From assembly GCA_033551855.1 (NCBI GenBank), contig JAWSUI010000012.1, positions 1 to 64,000 of the forward strand: 64,000 nucleotides of DNA, in the 5' to 3' direction. The DNA comes from Deferrisomatales bacterium (lineage in GTDB: Bacteria > Desulfobacterota > Deferrisomatia > Deferrisomatales > JACRMM01). The translations under genes were made by a program, and so were the position numbers. Positions 47,304 to 58,255 of this stretch are shown in pieces; the stretch's first letter is position 1; the number at the start of each line of letters is the position of its first letter. The notes under the pieces were generated by a model. It did not search any database. It saw only the letters and a list, made by a program, of their open reading frames with translations, and was not told where the DNA came from.

Positions 47304-49051
47304 CAGACGGCCTCCTTCTTGTCGATGTCGTACTTGCGCGGCCGGGGCGGAATGTACTGGGTGTCCACCCCCTCGTAGTCGATCCGGGGCCCCTCGGGAG
47401 TCCAGGTGGCGAGGGTCGTCTTCAGGAACCGCTGGTCGTCCCGCTCGGGGAAGTCGGGCTTGTAGTGGGCCCCGCGGCTCTCGTCCCGGAGGCGGGCCCC
47501 CAGGGTCATGGCGTGGGCGAGCTCCAGCATGTAGTAGAGCTGCCGGGTGAAGTGCAGCGACTGGTTGACCCGGCGGCCCCGGTCCGCGAGCCCCACCCGC
47601 TGCCACCGCTCCCGCAGCTCGCCGAGCTTCTCGAGGGTCTGGTCCAGCCGGGCGTTGTCCCGGACCACCGTCATGTTCTCGGTCATGGTTCGGCCGAGCT
47701 CCCGGTGCAGGCGAAAGGGGTTCTCCTCCCCCGACCGGGTCCCGATGTGCTCGAGGAGGTCGCGCTGCCGCTTCGCCTCGGCCTCCAGGTCGCCGGGCGC
47801 CCCGGGGCCGGGCCCGGCGCCCGCGTACTCCATGGCCTGCTGCGCGGCCTCCTGCCCGCCGTAAATGCAGGAGAGGAGGCTGTTGGCCCCCAGGCGGTTG
47901 GCCCCGTGGTACTGGTACTCGCACTCCCCGGCGGCGAAGAGGCCGGGCACGTTGGTCATCTGGTCGAAGTCCACCCACAGGCCGCCCATGGAGTAGTGGA
48001 CCGCGGGGAACACCCGCATGGGGACCCGGGAGGGGTCCTGCCCGGTGAACTTGCGGTAGATCTCCAGGATGCCGCCCAGCTTCACTTCCAGGAAGTCCGC
48101 CGGAAGGTGGGTGAGGTCCAGGTACACCTGCATCCCTTGGTCGACCCCCAGCCCCTGGTTGACGCAGACGTCGAAGATCTCGCGGGTGGCGATGTCCCGC
48201 GGCACGAGATTCCCGTAAGCGGGGTATTTCTCCTCCAGGAAGTACCAGGGCTTTCCGTCCTTCGGCACCCAGACGCGCCCCCCCTCCCCCCGCGCCGACT
48301 CGCTCATGAGCCGCAGCTTGTCCTCTCCCGGGATCGCCGTGGGGTGCACCTGGATGAACTCGCCGTTGGCGTAGCGCACCCCCTGGGTGTAGACGCTCGC
48401 CACCGCGGCCCCGGTGTTGATCACAGAGTTCGTGGACATCCCGAAGATGAGCCCGGGCCCCCCGGTGGCCAGGATGACCGCGCCGGCCGGGAAGGACCGC
48501 ACCTCGCCGGCCACCAGATCCAGGGCCGCGACGCCGCGGCAGGCGCCGTTGCCGTCGAGGACCGCCGAGAGGAACTCCCAGCCCTCCCGCTTGGTCACCA
48601 GGCCCGCCGCCTCGTACCGCCGCACCTGCTCGTCCAGCGCGTAGAGGAGCTGCTGACCGGTGGTCGCCCCGGCGTAGGCCGTGCGGTGGTGCTTCGTGCC
48701 CCCGAAGCGCCGGAAGTCCAGGAGCCCCTCCGCCGTGCGGTTGAACATCACCCCCAGGCGGTCGAACAGGTAGATGATCCCGGGGGCGGCTTCGCACATC
48801 CGCTTGACGGGGGTCTGGTTGGCCAGGAAGTCCCCGCCGTAGACCGTGTCGTCGAAGTGCTCCCAGGGGCTGTCGCCCTCCCCCTTGGTGTTGACCGCCG
48901 CGTTGATCCCGCCCTGGGCGCAGACGGAGTGGGAGCGGCGCACCGGGACGATGCTGAGGAGGTCGACGTGGAAGTTCTGCTCCGCAGCGCGCACGGCGGC
49001 CATCAGACCCGCCAGCCCGCCCCCCACCACGACGATGTTCTTGCGGTCCAC
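47303..49051 (-). CDS. sdhA: Succinate dehydrogenase/fumarate reductase flavoprotein
   Basis: RSHSVCAQGG, HYSMGG, HGANRLGANSL, ESRGAH. Confidence 0.97.
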   Translation of the reverse strand: MDRKNIVVVGGGLAGLMAAVRAAEQNFHVDLLSIVPVRRSHSVCAQGGINAAVNTKGEGDSPWEHFDDTVYGGDFLANQTPVKRMCEAAPGIIYLFDRLGVMFNRTAEGLLDFRRFGGTKHHRTAYAGATTGQQLLYALDEQVRRYEAAGLVTKREGWEFLSAVLDGNGACRGVAALDLVAGEVRSFPAGAVILATGGPGLIFGMSTNSVINTGAAVASVYTQGVRYANGEFIQVHPTAIPGEDKLRLMSESARGEGGRVWVPKDGKPWYFLEEKYPAYGNLVPRDIATREIFDVCVNQGLGVDQGMQVYLDLTHLPADFLEVKLGGILEIYRKFTGQDPSRVPMRVFPAVHYSMGGLWVDFDQMTNVPGLFAAGECEYQYHGANRLGANSLLSCIYGGQEAAQQAMEYAGAGPGPGAPGDLEAEAKRQRDLLEHIGTRSGEENPFRLHRELGRTMTENMTVVRDNARLDQTLEKLGELRERWQRVGLADRGRRVNQSLHFTRQLYYMLELAHAMTLGARLRDESRGAHYKPDFPERDDQRFLKTTLATWTPEGPRIDYEGVDTQYIPPRPRKYDIDKKEAV

Positions 49052-49066
49052 CGGTCGCCTCCTCGA

Positions 49067-49594
49067 TCAGAACAGGGACAGGGTGTAGAGCCCGTAGGCC
49101 GAGAGGAGGACGAAGGCCCCCAGGCTCAGGGCGACGAAGACCCGCTGGCTGTGGGGGCCCACCGTGATGCCCCAGTCGATGACCGTGCCGAACAGGCCGT
49201 TGGCCAGGTGGAACACGGCGGCCAAGAGCCCTGCGTACCAGAGGGCCGCGTACCAGGAGGACAGCCCGTACGCCGCCCCGCCGAACATGTCGCCGAGGTG
49301 CAGGGGGATGAACAGGATCAGGAACAGGCCGGTGGCCCGCTGGCCGACGTACATCCAGTTCCGGGCCGAGGGGTACCGGAAGAGGTTCGGGCTGGACTCG
49401 TAGGTGATGAAGAGGCCGTAGAACCCATGGAAGACGAGGGGGACATACAGGAACAGGAGCTTGAAGGCCGGGCTCCCGTACACGGTCTCCCCCTGCACGT
49501 GGAGAAACAAGAAGTACCCCAGGAAGAGAAAGCCGGTGAGGCTGTGCAGCTTTCGGAGCCAGAACTGGGTGCAGCAGACCCGATTGCCCGACAT
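49067..49594 (-). CDS. sdhC: Succinate dehydrogenase cytochrome b558 subunit
   Basis: LHSLTG, FHG.YG, QRATG, FHLANGL, WGITV. Confidence 0.92.
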   Translation of the reverse strand: MSGNRVCCTQFWLRKLHSLTGFLFLGYFLFLHVQGETVYGSPAFKLLFLYVPLVFHGFYGLFITYESSPNLFRYPSARNWMYVGQRATGLFLILFIPLHLGDMFGGAAYGLSSWYAALWYAGLLAAVFHLANGLFGTVIDWGITVGPHSQRVFVALSLGAFVLLSAYGLYTLSLF

Positions 49595-49685
49595 CCCCGC
49601 CCTCCTCTCCCGCCGCCGATACCCCGGTCCGCCGCGGCAGTGTAGCATCCTCCGAGGGGTCGCACCAACGGGGAGCGCGGCCTGG

Positions 49686-49777
49686 ATCCACCACCCGGCA
49701 CGTGCTCGGGGTCGGGGAGCCCCTCCGCTTCGCCCCGCAATCCGCGATATCCGGACGAGGTGTTGGCGAGGAAACGG
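49686..49777. repeat. Dispersed ~90-bp repeat (copies 62972-63063; inverted partial 28475-28536)
   Basis: GTGCTCGGG.TCGGGG.GCCCCTCCGCT.CGCCC.GCAATCCGCGATATCCGGACGAGG is shared. Confidence 0.88.
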
Positions 49778-49998
49778 GTCCGCCCGACTTCACCCGGTTC
49801 CGGGGGCTTCGGCCCATCGGTCGAGGCGCTACGGGGCTGCGGTCCTCGAGCGGCCGTCCCCCTGCGCCGTCGGACCCGCCCGGCCGCCCTCGGGTGCGGC
49901 AACCCGTGCTTCCCCGGAAGGGCCGGAAACGAGAGAGCGCCCCCCGGAGGAAGGGCGCCCTGGTCCTCTGCGTTCCACTCCGGGTGGCGAGATCGGGG

Positions 49999-50502
49999 TC
50001 AGGGATCGCCTGCGTGACGGTCCGCCACCTCTTCCAGAAGGGCCTCCGCCCGCTCCACCTGGGCCGCCAGCTCCGGGGGCAGGCCCCTTCGCAGGGCCTC
50101 GAGCTCCGCTCGGGCCCGCAAGAGTGCGCCTCGGGTCTGCAGTGCCTCGAGCCTCTCCGTGCGGTCCAGACCCGCCGCCACCCGGGCCTCCAGCGCCCCC
50201 AGATCCCGGCGGACCTGCCAGGTGACCAGCCCTCCCCCCCACGCGAGGAGGAGCACCAGCACGAGGGCCACGAGCCCGAAGGGGAAGGGCCGGTCGCTCG
50301 GCTTGGGGGCGGCGGCGCCGGTCGCCGGGGTGGAGGCGGCCGCCGCCACGGTGCGCTGCTCGTCTTCCAGGGCGGCGGCGTCCTCGGCGGTCAGAAAGCT
50401 CCCCTCACCCGCCTCGGGCCCCGGCCCTTCCGGCCCCTGCGACCCCTCCCCGCCCGGGGGAACGGCAGGGCCCTCGCCTTCCTTCCCGACCTCGCGATCC
50501 AT
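49999..50502 (-). CDS. Hypothetical single-TM coiled-coil protein
   Basis: GAGGAG RBS; TM segment FGLVALVLVLLLAW. Confidence 0.6.
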   Translation of the reverse strand: MDREVGKEGEGPAVPPGGEGSQGPEGPGPEAGEGSFLTAEDAAALEDEQRTVAAAASTPATGAAAPKPSDRPFPFGLVALVLVLLLAWGGGLVTWQVRRDLGALEARVAAGLDRTERLEALQTRGALLRARAELEALRRGLPPELAAQVERAEALLEEVADRHAGDP

Positions 50503-50546
50503 GGCCTCTCCTCTCTCGGGGGCCGCGCCCCCACCCGGGGGCAGCC

Positions 50547-51128
50547 TCACACGGCCGGGCTCCAGATCACCGCGAGCACTTGGGCGGGCTCCCCCCCATG
50601 GCACGACACCCGGTGGGGGACCGAGGCGTCGTAGAGGATGCTGTCACCGGGCTCGAGGATGTCTTGGTGCCCCCCGAGGCGGACCTCCATGCGCCCGGAG
50701 AGGACGAAGAGGAACTCCTCACCCTCGTGGACCGAGGGCTGGAGCTCCTTCACGGTGGGAGGCTCGAGGGTGATCAGGAAGGGCTCCACGTGGCGTGCCT
50801 TCTTCCCGGAGCCGAGGGACTCGTAGACGTAACCGTAGGCGACGCCCTCCTTCGAGGCGAACCGGGAGACCCGCCGACGCTCCCCCTTGCGCACGATGGC
50901 GTAGGGCTCACCCGCCTTCTCCCCCCACAGGTCCCCGATGCGCACCCCCAGGGCCTGGGCGATCTTGCCGAGGGCCCCCAGGGGAGGGCTCATCAGGTGG
51001 TTCTCGATCTGGTTCATGAGCGCGGAAGAGTACCCCGTGCGCTCCGCGAGCTGCTGCAGGCTGAGCCCTGTCTGCTCGCGAACCTCCTTGATCCGCTCTC
51101 CGACCCGGATGAGATCGGTCTCGCTCAT
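50547..51128 (-). CDS. XRE HTH-cupin regulator
   Basis: LSLQQLAERTG..IEN; HEGEEFLFVLSG; PGDSI.YDA..PH. Confidence 0.93.
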   Translation of the reverse strand: MSETDLIRVGERIKEVREQTGLSLQQLAERTGYSSALMNQIENHLMSPPLGALGKIAQALGVRIGDLWGEKAGEPYAIVRKGERRRVSRFASKEGVAYGYVYESLGSGKKARHVEPFLITLEPPTVKELQPSVHEGEEFLFVLSGRMEVRLGGHQDILEPGDSILYDASVPHRVSCHGGEPAQVLAVIWSPAV

Positions 51129-51141
51129 CGTCCCCTCCTGA

Positions 51142-51302
51142 GGGCCCGTCCAGAAATAACTGATTCAGTTGCGGCGTCGGTGCATCCCGCCTGACTGCGT
51201 TGCTCGTCGATTACATACCACAGCGGGTATGCGCCCTCCTCGCGCCTTGTCAGCCGGGCGCCTCGCCACCGCTCTTTGGACCACTTATCTCTGGACGGAC
51301 CC
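51142..51302. mobile_element. 161-bp MITE-like element
   Basis: TIRs GGGCCCGTCCAGAAATAA / TTATCTCTGGACGGACCC (16/18), flanked by TGA on both sides; no ORF. Confidence 0.7.
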
Positions 51303-51407
51303 TGAGGGCCCGCACAAGCCCCGCCCCTGCCCCTCCGCACCGGTTCCCCGAGCAGGGCAGGGACGACGTTTCCCTGCCGCCGGCGCCCCCTTCCCTCGCT
51401 GCGGCGG

Positions 51408-51974
51408 TCAGGCCGCGGAACCCGCCCGCCCGCCGGCGGCCGCCCACTCGGCCCCGACCTCCAGGGCCCGGAGGTTCGAGGGGATCAGTTTGTGGTGCTT
51501 CTCGGGAAGGACCTCCGGGAGCGCCTCTTGGAGGTGCTCGAACCCTACCACCCGGGTGGCCCCCACGTAAGCCCCCAGGGCCACCATGCTCGCCAGGCGG
51601 CCGTCGCCGAGTTCGAGCGCCGCCTCGTTGCACGGGACCCGGAGCACCCGGATGTCCTCCCGGGGGACCGCCCCGGCCGAGATCAGCGACGCGTTCACCA
51701 CCGCCACCCCCCCCGGGCGCACCCGCGGCCCGAACTTGACGGCCGAGGGCTCGTTCATGGCTATGAGGCCCAGGGGGGTCTGGGTCACCGGGCTGCCGAT
51801 CTCCTGGCTCGCCAGGGTCACGGTGCAGTTTGCCGTGCCTCCCCGCATCTCGACCCCGTAGGACGGGAAGTAGGTCGCCCGCAGGCCCTTGCGCAGCCCC
51901 GCGACCGCCAGGAGATTTCCGATCATCAGGATTCCCTGGCCCCCGAAACCGGCCAGGATCGTGTCGTGGTGCAT
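51408..51974 (-). CDS. 2-oxoacid:ferredoxin oxidoreductase gamma subunit
   Basis: AGFGGQG, PSYGVEMRGGTANC. Confidence 0.93.
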   Translation of the reverse strand: MHHDTILAGFGGQGILMIGNLLAVAGLRKGLRATYFPSYGVEMRGGTANCTVTLASQEIGSPVTQTPLGLIAMNEPSAVKFGPRVRPGGVAVVNASLISAGAVPREDIRVLRVPCNEAALELGDGRLASMVALGAYVGATRVVGFEHLQEALPEVLPEKHHKLIPSNLRALEVGAEWAAAGGRAGSAA

Positions 51975-52048
51975 CGGTGCTCCGCCGTGTCGAGCCCTCG
52001 GCCCCGGGAGCCCCCCCTCGGGCGGGGCTGGGGGGCGAGGGGGGCCCA

Positions 52049-52801
52049 CTACAGAAAATCGGTTCCCGTGCGCTCCTTGAAGACCCCCAAGGGGAAGTAG
52101 GGGATCATCTCCTTACGGATGTGCTCCACCGCCGCCAAGGGGGACACCCCCCAATTGGTGGGGCAGCTCGAGAGGACCTCGACGAAGCCCATCCCCCGCC
52201 GCTCGAGCTGGGTCTCGAAGGCCTTGAAGATGGCCTTTCGCGCCTGATTGTGGTGAGCCGGCGTGTCGACCGAGACCCGGGCCGCGAACCCCACCCCCTC
52301 GAGCTGCGCCAGCATCTCCGTCATCTTGATCGGGTAGCCGTCCTGGGCGAAATCCCGGCCGTAGGGGCTCGTGGTGGTGCGCTGGCCGAGGGTGGTCGTG
52401 GGCGCCATCTGCCCCCCGGTCATCCCGTAGATCCCGTTGTTGACGAAGACCGTGGTGAGGTTCTCACCCCGGTTGGCTGCGTGGATGCTCTCGGCCGTGC
52501 CGATGGCCGCGAAGTCACCGTCTCCCTGGTAGAGCAGGACGAACTTGTCCGGGTTCGCCCGCTTGATCCCGGTGGCGACCGCCTGGGCACGGCCGTGGGG
52601 CGCCTCCACCACGTCGATGTCGAAGTAGTCGTACAGGAAGACGCTGCACCCCACGCACGCCGCCCCGATGGTCTTCTCCCGCACCCCGAAGTGGTCGATC
52701 GCCTCCGCCACGAGCCGGTGGATCACCCCGTGGTGGCAACCGGGGCAGAAGTGGAAGGGCTTCTCCGTGAGGCTCTTGGGCCTCGTGAAGACGGGCTTCA
52801 T
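52049..52801 (-). CDS. 2-oxoacid:ferredoxin oxidoreductase beta (TPP) subunit
   Basis: [26 protein letters not shown]. Confidence 0.94.
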   Translation of the reverse strand: MKPVFTRPKSLTEKPFHFCPGCHHGVIHRLVAEAIDHFGVREKTIGAACVGCSVFLYDYFDIDVVEAPHGRAQAVATGIKRANPDKFVLLYQGDGDFAAIGTAESIHAANRGENLTTVFVNNGIYGMTGGQMAPTTTLGQRTTTSPYGRDFAQDGYPIKMTEMLAQLEGVGFAARVSVDTPAHHNQARKAIFKAFETQLERRGMGFVEVLSSCPTNWGVSPLAAVEHIRKEMIPYFPLGVFKERTGTDFL

Positions 52802-53865
52802 GCGCGTTTCTCCTGGGGGTCCAGCCGCCGGACGATCTCCTCGTACACGTCGTCGGGGCTCGGCAGGTACCCGGGTGGATACCCGGCAAAGGAGACGGGG
52901 GCGCGCCCCTCCACCGCCAGCCGCACGTCCTCGACCATCTGGCCGGTGTTGAGCTCGACCACCAGCAGGGGCACGCCGTCGCCCGCCACCCTCCGCACGT
53001 GTTCGGTGGGGAAGGGCCACAGGGTGATCGGGCGGACCAGCCCCACCCGGCGCCCCTCTTCGTTCGCGCGGTCCACGGCGCTCTTGGCGATCCGTGCGGC
53101 CGAGCCGAAGGCCACCACGGCGAGCTCGCACCCCGAGGGCACCTCGAGGTGGGCCCGGGCCTCCTTGGCCTGTATCTCGGCGTACTTGCGGGACAGGTGC
53201 CAGTTGTGGTCGGCGAGCTCGCCGTCGCCGAGGTACAGGGACTTGATCTTCCGGGCGGGCCGCCCCGCGGCGCCCGTGAGCGCCCAGCCTTCCTTGCCGA
53301 AGTCCTTGTGCTCCGGTGCCCACTCCTCGAGCTGCTCCTTCATCTGGGCGAGCATGGCGTCGGCCAGGAGCACCACCGGGTTCCGGTACTGGTCCGCGAG
53401 GTCGAAGGCGAGCACCGTGAGATCGTACATCTCCTGCACCGAGGCCGGCGCCAAGACCACCGTGCGGTAGTCGCCGTGCCCACCCCCGCGGGTGGCCTGG
53501 AAGTAGTCCCCCTGGCTGGGGGAGATTCCGCCCAGCCCCGGACCGGAGCGCTGCACGTTCACCACGACGGCCGGCACCTCGCTGCCCGCGAGGTAGCTCA
53601 GGCCCTCCTGCATGAGGCTGATGCCCGGGCTGGACGAGCTGGTCATGCAGCGCTTGCCGGTGGCACCGGTGCCCAGGAGCATGTTGATGGAGCCGATCTC
53701 GCTCTCTGCCTGTACGAACTGGCCGCCCAGCGCCGGGAGCACCTGGCTCAGGTACTCCGGGATCTCGTTCTGGGGCGTGATGGGGTAGCCGAAGTAGTAG
53801 CGGCAGCCCGCCGCCACGGCGGCCTTCGCCACTGCCACGTTGCCCCGCTCGAAGGCCTTCTTCAC
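52798..53865 (-). CDS. 2-oxoacid:ferredoxin oxidoreductase alpha subunit (VorB-like)
   Basis: YPITPQ, QAESEI, SSSPG, PSQGDY. Confidence 0.94.
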   Translation of the reverse strand: MKKAFERGNVAVAKAAVAAGCRYYFGYPITPQNEIPEYLSQVLPALGGQFVQAESEIGSINMLLGTGATGKRCMTSSSSPGISLMQEGLSYLAGSEVPAVVVNVQRSGPGLGGISPSQGDYFQATRGGGHGDYRTVVLAPASVQEMYDLTVLAFDLADQYRNPVVLLADAMLAQMKEQLEEWAPEHKDFGKEGWALTGAAGRPARKIKSLYLGDGELADHNWHLSRKYAEIQAKEARAHLEVPSGCELAVVAFGSAARIAKSAVDRANEEGRRVGLVRPITLWPFPTEHVRRVAGDGVPLLVVELNTGQMVEDVRLAVEGRAPVSFAGYPPGYLPSPDDVYEEIVRRLDPQEKRA

Positions 53866-53874
53866 CGCCTCACC

Positions 53875-54078
53875 TCACTTCCACACTTCGATCACCACGT
53901 CCGGGCACATGCGGGCGCAGATGGCGCAGCCGGTGCACTCGGCGTCGGGCTTGAGGCCGGCGGGGCGGTATCCCTGGGGGTTCAGGCGCTCCGAGATCTC
54001 GAGGCACCCCCGCGGGCAGTACTCGACGCACAGAGCACAACTCTTGCAACGTTCTTCCCGAAATTCAAGCCTGGGCAT
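53875..54078 (-). CDS. Delta subunit, 2x[4Fe-4S] ferredoxin
   Basis: CKSCALCVEYCP, CTGCAICARMCPD. Confidence 0.92.
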   Translation of the reverse strand: MPRLEFREERCKSCALCVEYCPRGCLEISERLNPQGYRPAGLKPDAECTGCAICARMCPDVVIEVWK

Positions 54079-54565
54079 CGGGCCGTGACCTCCCGCGAAA
54101 AGGCGCAAGTGAGAAACGCTACCAGCCCGCTCCGAAGCTTGTCAACCGGCACTTCGGGCCTGGAATCGGCCCTTCCGGCAACTCGGTGGATCAATCAAGG
54201 GCAAGAACGATCTCGCGCAGAGCCGCGTGGGCGCGGAGGAGTTCTTTGGGCTCTCTTCCGGACCGTGTGGGTAGTCCCGCTGTATCGGCTTTGGTTGCGA
54301 AGCCGGCCGAGGGCCGGCGGCAGGGTCCATCGCCGAGATCGGGGGCCCGATGGAAACCCACACAGATCGAAACAGAACCATTCTTTGTCTTTCCCGGCGC
54401 CTCTGCGCAAGAACACGATGGTTCCTCGCACCCACGAAAAACCCGGAAGCTCCCCGGAATCGGCCGCCCGTCCGTCCGAAAATCCGGTGGTGGATCTGCG
54501 CGGGCGGCACGACGGTCACCGCGGGTGTCCGGCTCCCCGGCGAGCCCGAGTCCTCCGGGGGGGCG

Positions 54566-55111
54566 TCACGGGAACACCTCGGCGGCGGCCAGGCGGGGGG
54601 CCGCGCTGTCCTTGGGGGAGAGGATCGGCTCCCCCTCCAGCGGCCACCCCACCGCGAGATCGGGGTCGTCCCAGCGCACGGTCCGCTCCCATCGCGGAGC
54701 GTAGTAGTCCGTGGCCTTGTAGAGGACCTCTGCGGCCTCGGAGAGGACGAGGAACCCGTGGGCGAAGCCCTCGGGGATCCACAACTGGCGCTTGTTCTCG
54801 GCGGAGAGCCGGAAGCCCTCCCACTTCCCGAACGAGGGAGAGCTCCGCCGCAGGTCCACGGCGACGTCGAAGACCTCGCCCGCCGTCACCCGGACCAGCT
54901 TCCCCTGGGTCTGGCGGACCTGGTAGTGGAGGCCCCGCAGCACACCCCGGGACGAGCGGGAATGGTTGTCCTGCACGAACCGGGTTCGAAGCCCCGTCGC
55001 GTCCTCCCAGGTCCTCTGGTTGAAGCTCTCGAAGAAGAACCCCCGCGCGTCGCCGAAGACGCGGGGCTCGACGAGGAGGACGCCGGGCAGGGTCGTGGGA
55101 AGGATGGTCAT
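54566..55111 (-). CDS. rfbC: dTDP-4-dehydrorhamnose 3,5-epimerase
   Basis: DARGFF, QDNHS, LRGLH, GFAHGF. Confidence 0.96.
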   Translation of the reverse strand: MTILPTTLPGVLLVEPRVFGDARGFFFESFNQRTWEDATGLRTRFVQDNHSRSSRGVLRGLHYQVRQTQGKLVRVTAGEVFDVAVDLRRSSPSFGKWEGFRLSAENKRQLWIPEGFAHGFLVLSEAAEVLYKATDYYAPRWERTVRWDDPDLAVGWPLEGEPILSPKDSAAPRLAAAEVFP

Positions 55112-55139
55112 CGTGAAGACCTGGGCGAACAGGGCTCGT

Positions 55140-56030
55140 TCACCCACTTCCTCCCTGTTCGTCCCCCTCCCCCAACACCCTCTCCAAGTACTGCCGATAG
55201 CCCGAACGCGGGGTGTCCGCGATGAGGCGCTGCATCTGCGCGCCGTCGATGAAGCCCAGGCGCCAGGCGATCTCCTCCAGGCAGGCGATCTTGAGGCCCT
55301 GGCGGGCCTCGAGGGTCCCGATGAAGTGGCTCGCCTCGAGCAGGCTCATGTGGGTACCGGTGTCGAGCCAGGCGATCCCGCGGCCCAGCCTCTCGACCTG
55401 GAGCTCCCCACGGCGCAGGTACTCCAGGTTCAGATCGGTGATCTCGAGCTCTCCCCGCCGGGACGGCCTCAGGGCCCTGGCGATCTCCACCACCTTGCGG
55501 TCGTAGAGATAGAGGCCGGGCACGGCGTAGTGGGACTTGGGCCTGGCGGGCTTCTCCTCGATGCTCAGCACCCGGCCGTCCCTGTCGAACTCCACCACGC
55601 CGTAGCGCTCCGGGTCGGTGACCGGGTACCCGAAAATCCGGGCCCCGGCGTCGAACTGCCGGACGATCCGGTCCAGGCCCAGCTTCCCGTAGAACAGGTT
55701 GTCCCCCAGGATCAGGCAGGCCGGCCCGCCGGCCAGGAACTCCTCGCCGATCAGGAAGGCCTGGGCGATGCCCTTGGGCTCGGGCTGCACCGCGTAGCGG
55801 AAGCGTACCCCCAGCCGTGCCCCGTCCCCCAGCAGGTCCTGGAAGCGGGGCGTGTCGTGGGGGGTCGAGATGATGAGGAGGTCTCGAATCCCTGCCGTCA
55901 TCAGCGTGGCGATCGGGTAGTAGATGAGGGGTTTGTCGTACACGGGCTGGAGCTGTTTGCTGGCCACCAACGTCAAGGGGTAGAGCCTGCTGCCGGCCCC
56001 GCCGGCGAGAATGATGCCTTTCTCGATCAT
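55140..56030 (-). CDS. rfbA: Glucose-1-phosphate thymidylyltransferase
   Basis: GIILAGG.G.RLYP, SKQL.PVYDKP, WLDTGT. Confidence 0.97.
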   Translation of the reverse strand: MIEKGIILAGGAGSRLYPLTLVASKQLQPVYDKPLIYYPIATLMTAGIRDLLIISTPHDTPRFQDLLGDGARLGVRFRYAVQPEPKGIAQAFLIGEEFLAGGPACLILGDNLFYGKLGLDRIVRQFDAGARIFGYPVTDPERYGVVEFDRDGRVLSIEEKPARPKSHYAVPGLYLYDRKVVEIARALRPSRRGELEITDLNLEYLRRGELQVERLGRGIAWLDTGTHMSLLEASHFIGTLEARQGLKIACLEEIAWRLGFIDGAQMQRLIADTPRSGYRQYLERVLGEGDEQGGSG

Positions 56031-56135
56031 GGGTGCCCTCGGTCTTCGGTGCAGGTGGACGGGGAGGAAACCAGGGGCCACGGGGTGCGGTGGCCCGCGG
56101 CTGGGGGGCGCTCCAGGCCCTCGGGTGGCGGAGGC

Positions 56136-57041
56136 TTACGACTTTCGCGACTCGAAGTAGCGGGTCAGTCCGTCCTTCCAGTGGGGCACCGGCTGCCCCG
56201 TCGCCGTGATGTACTTCTGCTTGGACAGGATCGAGTACGGCGGCCGGCGTGCCGGGGTGGGATACTCTGCCGTCGAGATCGGCAGGACGGCCCGTGCCCT
56301 CACCGGGCCCCGCTCCCGAAGGCGGGCCGTGATCTCGAGGGCGAAGCCGTGCCAACTGCAACTCCCCTCGTTGGAGAAGTGGTAGATCCCGTAGGGAGGT
56401 GCCCGGTTGCCGGTGCCGGGGGAGGTCGGGACGAGGGCGAGCAGGGTGACGAGGGCCCGCGCCAGGTCCTCGGTGTAGGTGGGACACCCCACCTGGTCCG
56501 CCACCACCCGCAGCTCCTCCCGCTCTCCGGCGAGCCGGGCGATGGTTTCCACGAAGTTCTTCCCCCCGGGCCCGTAGAGCCAGCTCGTGCGCACGACGAA
56601 GCAGCGGGAGTGGCCGCTTGCGAGCACCCGCTGCTCGCCCAGGAGCTTGGAGCGGCCGTAGGCGCCGAGCGGGCTCGGGGGGTCGTCCTCGACGTAGGGC
56701 TCGTTCTTGGTCCCGTCGAAGACGTAGTCGGTGGAGAGATGGACCAGGACGGCGTCGAGCCTCCGGGCGGCCTCGGCCAGATGGCCCGGGCCCTCGCCGT
56801 TCACCCGGTTGGCCAGGTCTTCACGGGCCTCGCAGCCGTCCACGTCGGTGTACGCCGCGCAGTTCACGATGACCTCGGGCCCGAGCCCCTCCAGGGTGCG
56901 CAGCACCCCGTCCCGGTCCGCGAGGTCGAGCTCCGGCAGGTCGTACCCCACCACCCGCCACCCGGCGGGCACCCCCCGGGCCACGGCCCCGGCCAGCATC
57001 CCCTTGGCGCCGATCAGGGCCAAGGTCGGGTGACCCGTCAC
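56136..57041 (-). CDS. rfbD: dTDP-4-dehydrorhamnose reductase
   Basis: GAKGML, STDYVFDG, YGRSKL.GE, PARRP. Confidence 0.96.
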   Translation of the reverse strand: MTGHPTLALIGAKGMLAGAVARGVPAGWRVVGYDLPELDLADRDGVLRTLEGLGPEVIVNCAAYTDVDGCEAREDLANRVNGEGPGHLAEAARRLDAVLVHLSTDYVFDGTKNEPYVEDDPPSPLGAYGRSKLLGEQRVLASGHSRCFVVRTSWLYGPGGKNFVETIARLAGEREELRVVADQVGCPTYTEDLARALVTLLALVPTSPGTGNRAPPYGIYHFSNEGSCSWHGFALEITARLRERGPVRARAVLPISTAEYPTPARRPPYSILSKQKYITATGQPVPHWKDGLTRYFESRKS

Positions 57042-57044
57042 GCC

Positions 57045-58145
57045 TCACCTCCCTTGGTACATCCTCGCGTAATACTCCCGGTAGGAGCCGTCCATGACCG
57101 AGCCCAGCCATTCCCCATGGGCCAAGTACCAGTCGACGGTGCGCGCGATGCCCTGCTCGAAGGTCACCGACGGCCGCCAACCGAGCTCGGTCTTGATCTT
57201 CGTGGCGTCGATCGCGTAACGGCGGTCGTGGCCGGGCCGGTCCTTCACGAACCGGATCAGCGACCGGCGCTCCTCCCCCCCAGGGAGGGGACCCAGCCGC
57301 TCCTCCACCAGGTCGCACACGGTCCGGACGATCTCGATGTTGGGCCGCTCGTTGTCACCCCCGATGTTGTAGGTCTCCCCGGGCCGCCCCCTCTCCAGGA
57401 CCGTCAGGAGGGCCGCGCAGTGGTCCTCCACGTAGAGCCAGTCGCGCACGTTGCGCCCGTCGCCGTAGACCGGAAGCTCCTTCCCGCCCGCCGCGTTGTG
57501 GATCATGAGGGGGATGAGCTTCTCCGGGAACTGGTAGGGGCCGTAGTTGTTGGAGCAGTTCGTCACGACCGCCGGCAGGTCGTAGGTGTGGTGGTACGCC
57601 CGCACCAGATGGTCGGACGACGCCTTGCTCGCGGAGTAGGGCGAGCGGGGGTCGTAGGGGGTGTTCTCGGTGAAGTACCCCGTCTCCCCCAGGGAGCCGT
57701 ACACTTCGTCGGTGGAGACGTGGAGGAAGCAGCGACGCGCGGCCGGCGGCCGGCGGCCGGCGGAGGCGTCGAGCCAGGCGGTGCGCGCGGCCTCGAGGAG
57801 CGCGAAGGTGCCCGTGACGTTGCTGCGGATGAACTCGGCCGGCCCCTCGATGCTTCGGTCCACGTGGGACTCGGCCGCGAAGTGGACGACCGCGTCGAAC
57901 CCCTCCTCGGCGAAGAGCCGGCCCACGAGCTCCCCGTCGCAGATGTCGCCCCGCACGAACCGATACCGGGGGTCCCCGGCCACGTCCGCCAGGTTCTCGG
58001 GGTTTCCGGCGTAGGTGAGCGCGTCCAGGTTCACGAGGCGGCAGCCGGGCAGCGCCTGCAGGGCCAGGCGCACGAAGTTGCTCCCGATGAAGCCGCACCC
58101 GCCGGTCACGAGGAGGCGGGGGGGGGTCGGTTCCGGCATGGGCAT
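57045..58145 (-). CDS. rfbB: dTDP-glucose 4,6-dehydratase
   Basis: [33 protein letters not shown]. Confidence 0.97.
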   Translation of the reverse strand: MPMPEPTPPRLLVTGGCGFIGSNFVRLALQALPGCRLVNLDALTYAGNPENLADVAGDPRYRFVRGDICDGELVGRLFAEEGFDAVVHFAAESHVDRSIEGPAEFIRSNVTGTFALLEAARTAWLDASAGRRPPAARRCFLHVSTDEVYGSLGETGYFTENTPYDPRSPYSASKASSDHLVRAYHHTYDLPAVVTNCSNNYGPYQFPEKLIPLMIHNAAGGKELPVYGDGRNVRDWLYVEDHCAALLTVLERGRPGETYNIGGDNERPNIEIVRTVCDLVEERLGPLPGGEERRSLIRFVKDRPGHDRRYAIDATKIKTELGWRPSVTFEQGIARTVDWYLAHGEWLGSVMDGSYREYYARMYQGR

Positions 58146-58255
58146 GCCTCCGGGGAAAGGGGGACGTGGGCCGTCCCCGGCGTGTATAGCAGCTGGCTGC
58201 CGGGGCCCGCAAGGACGTCGCCGCTTGCGGCAACCCGGCATTCCCCCGAAGGGTC

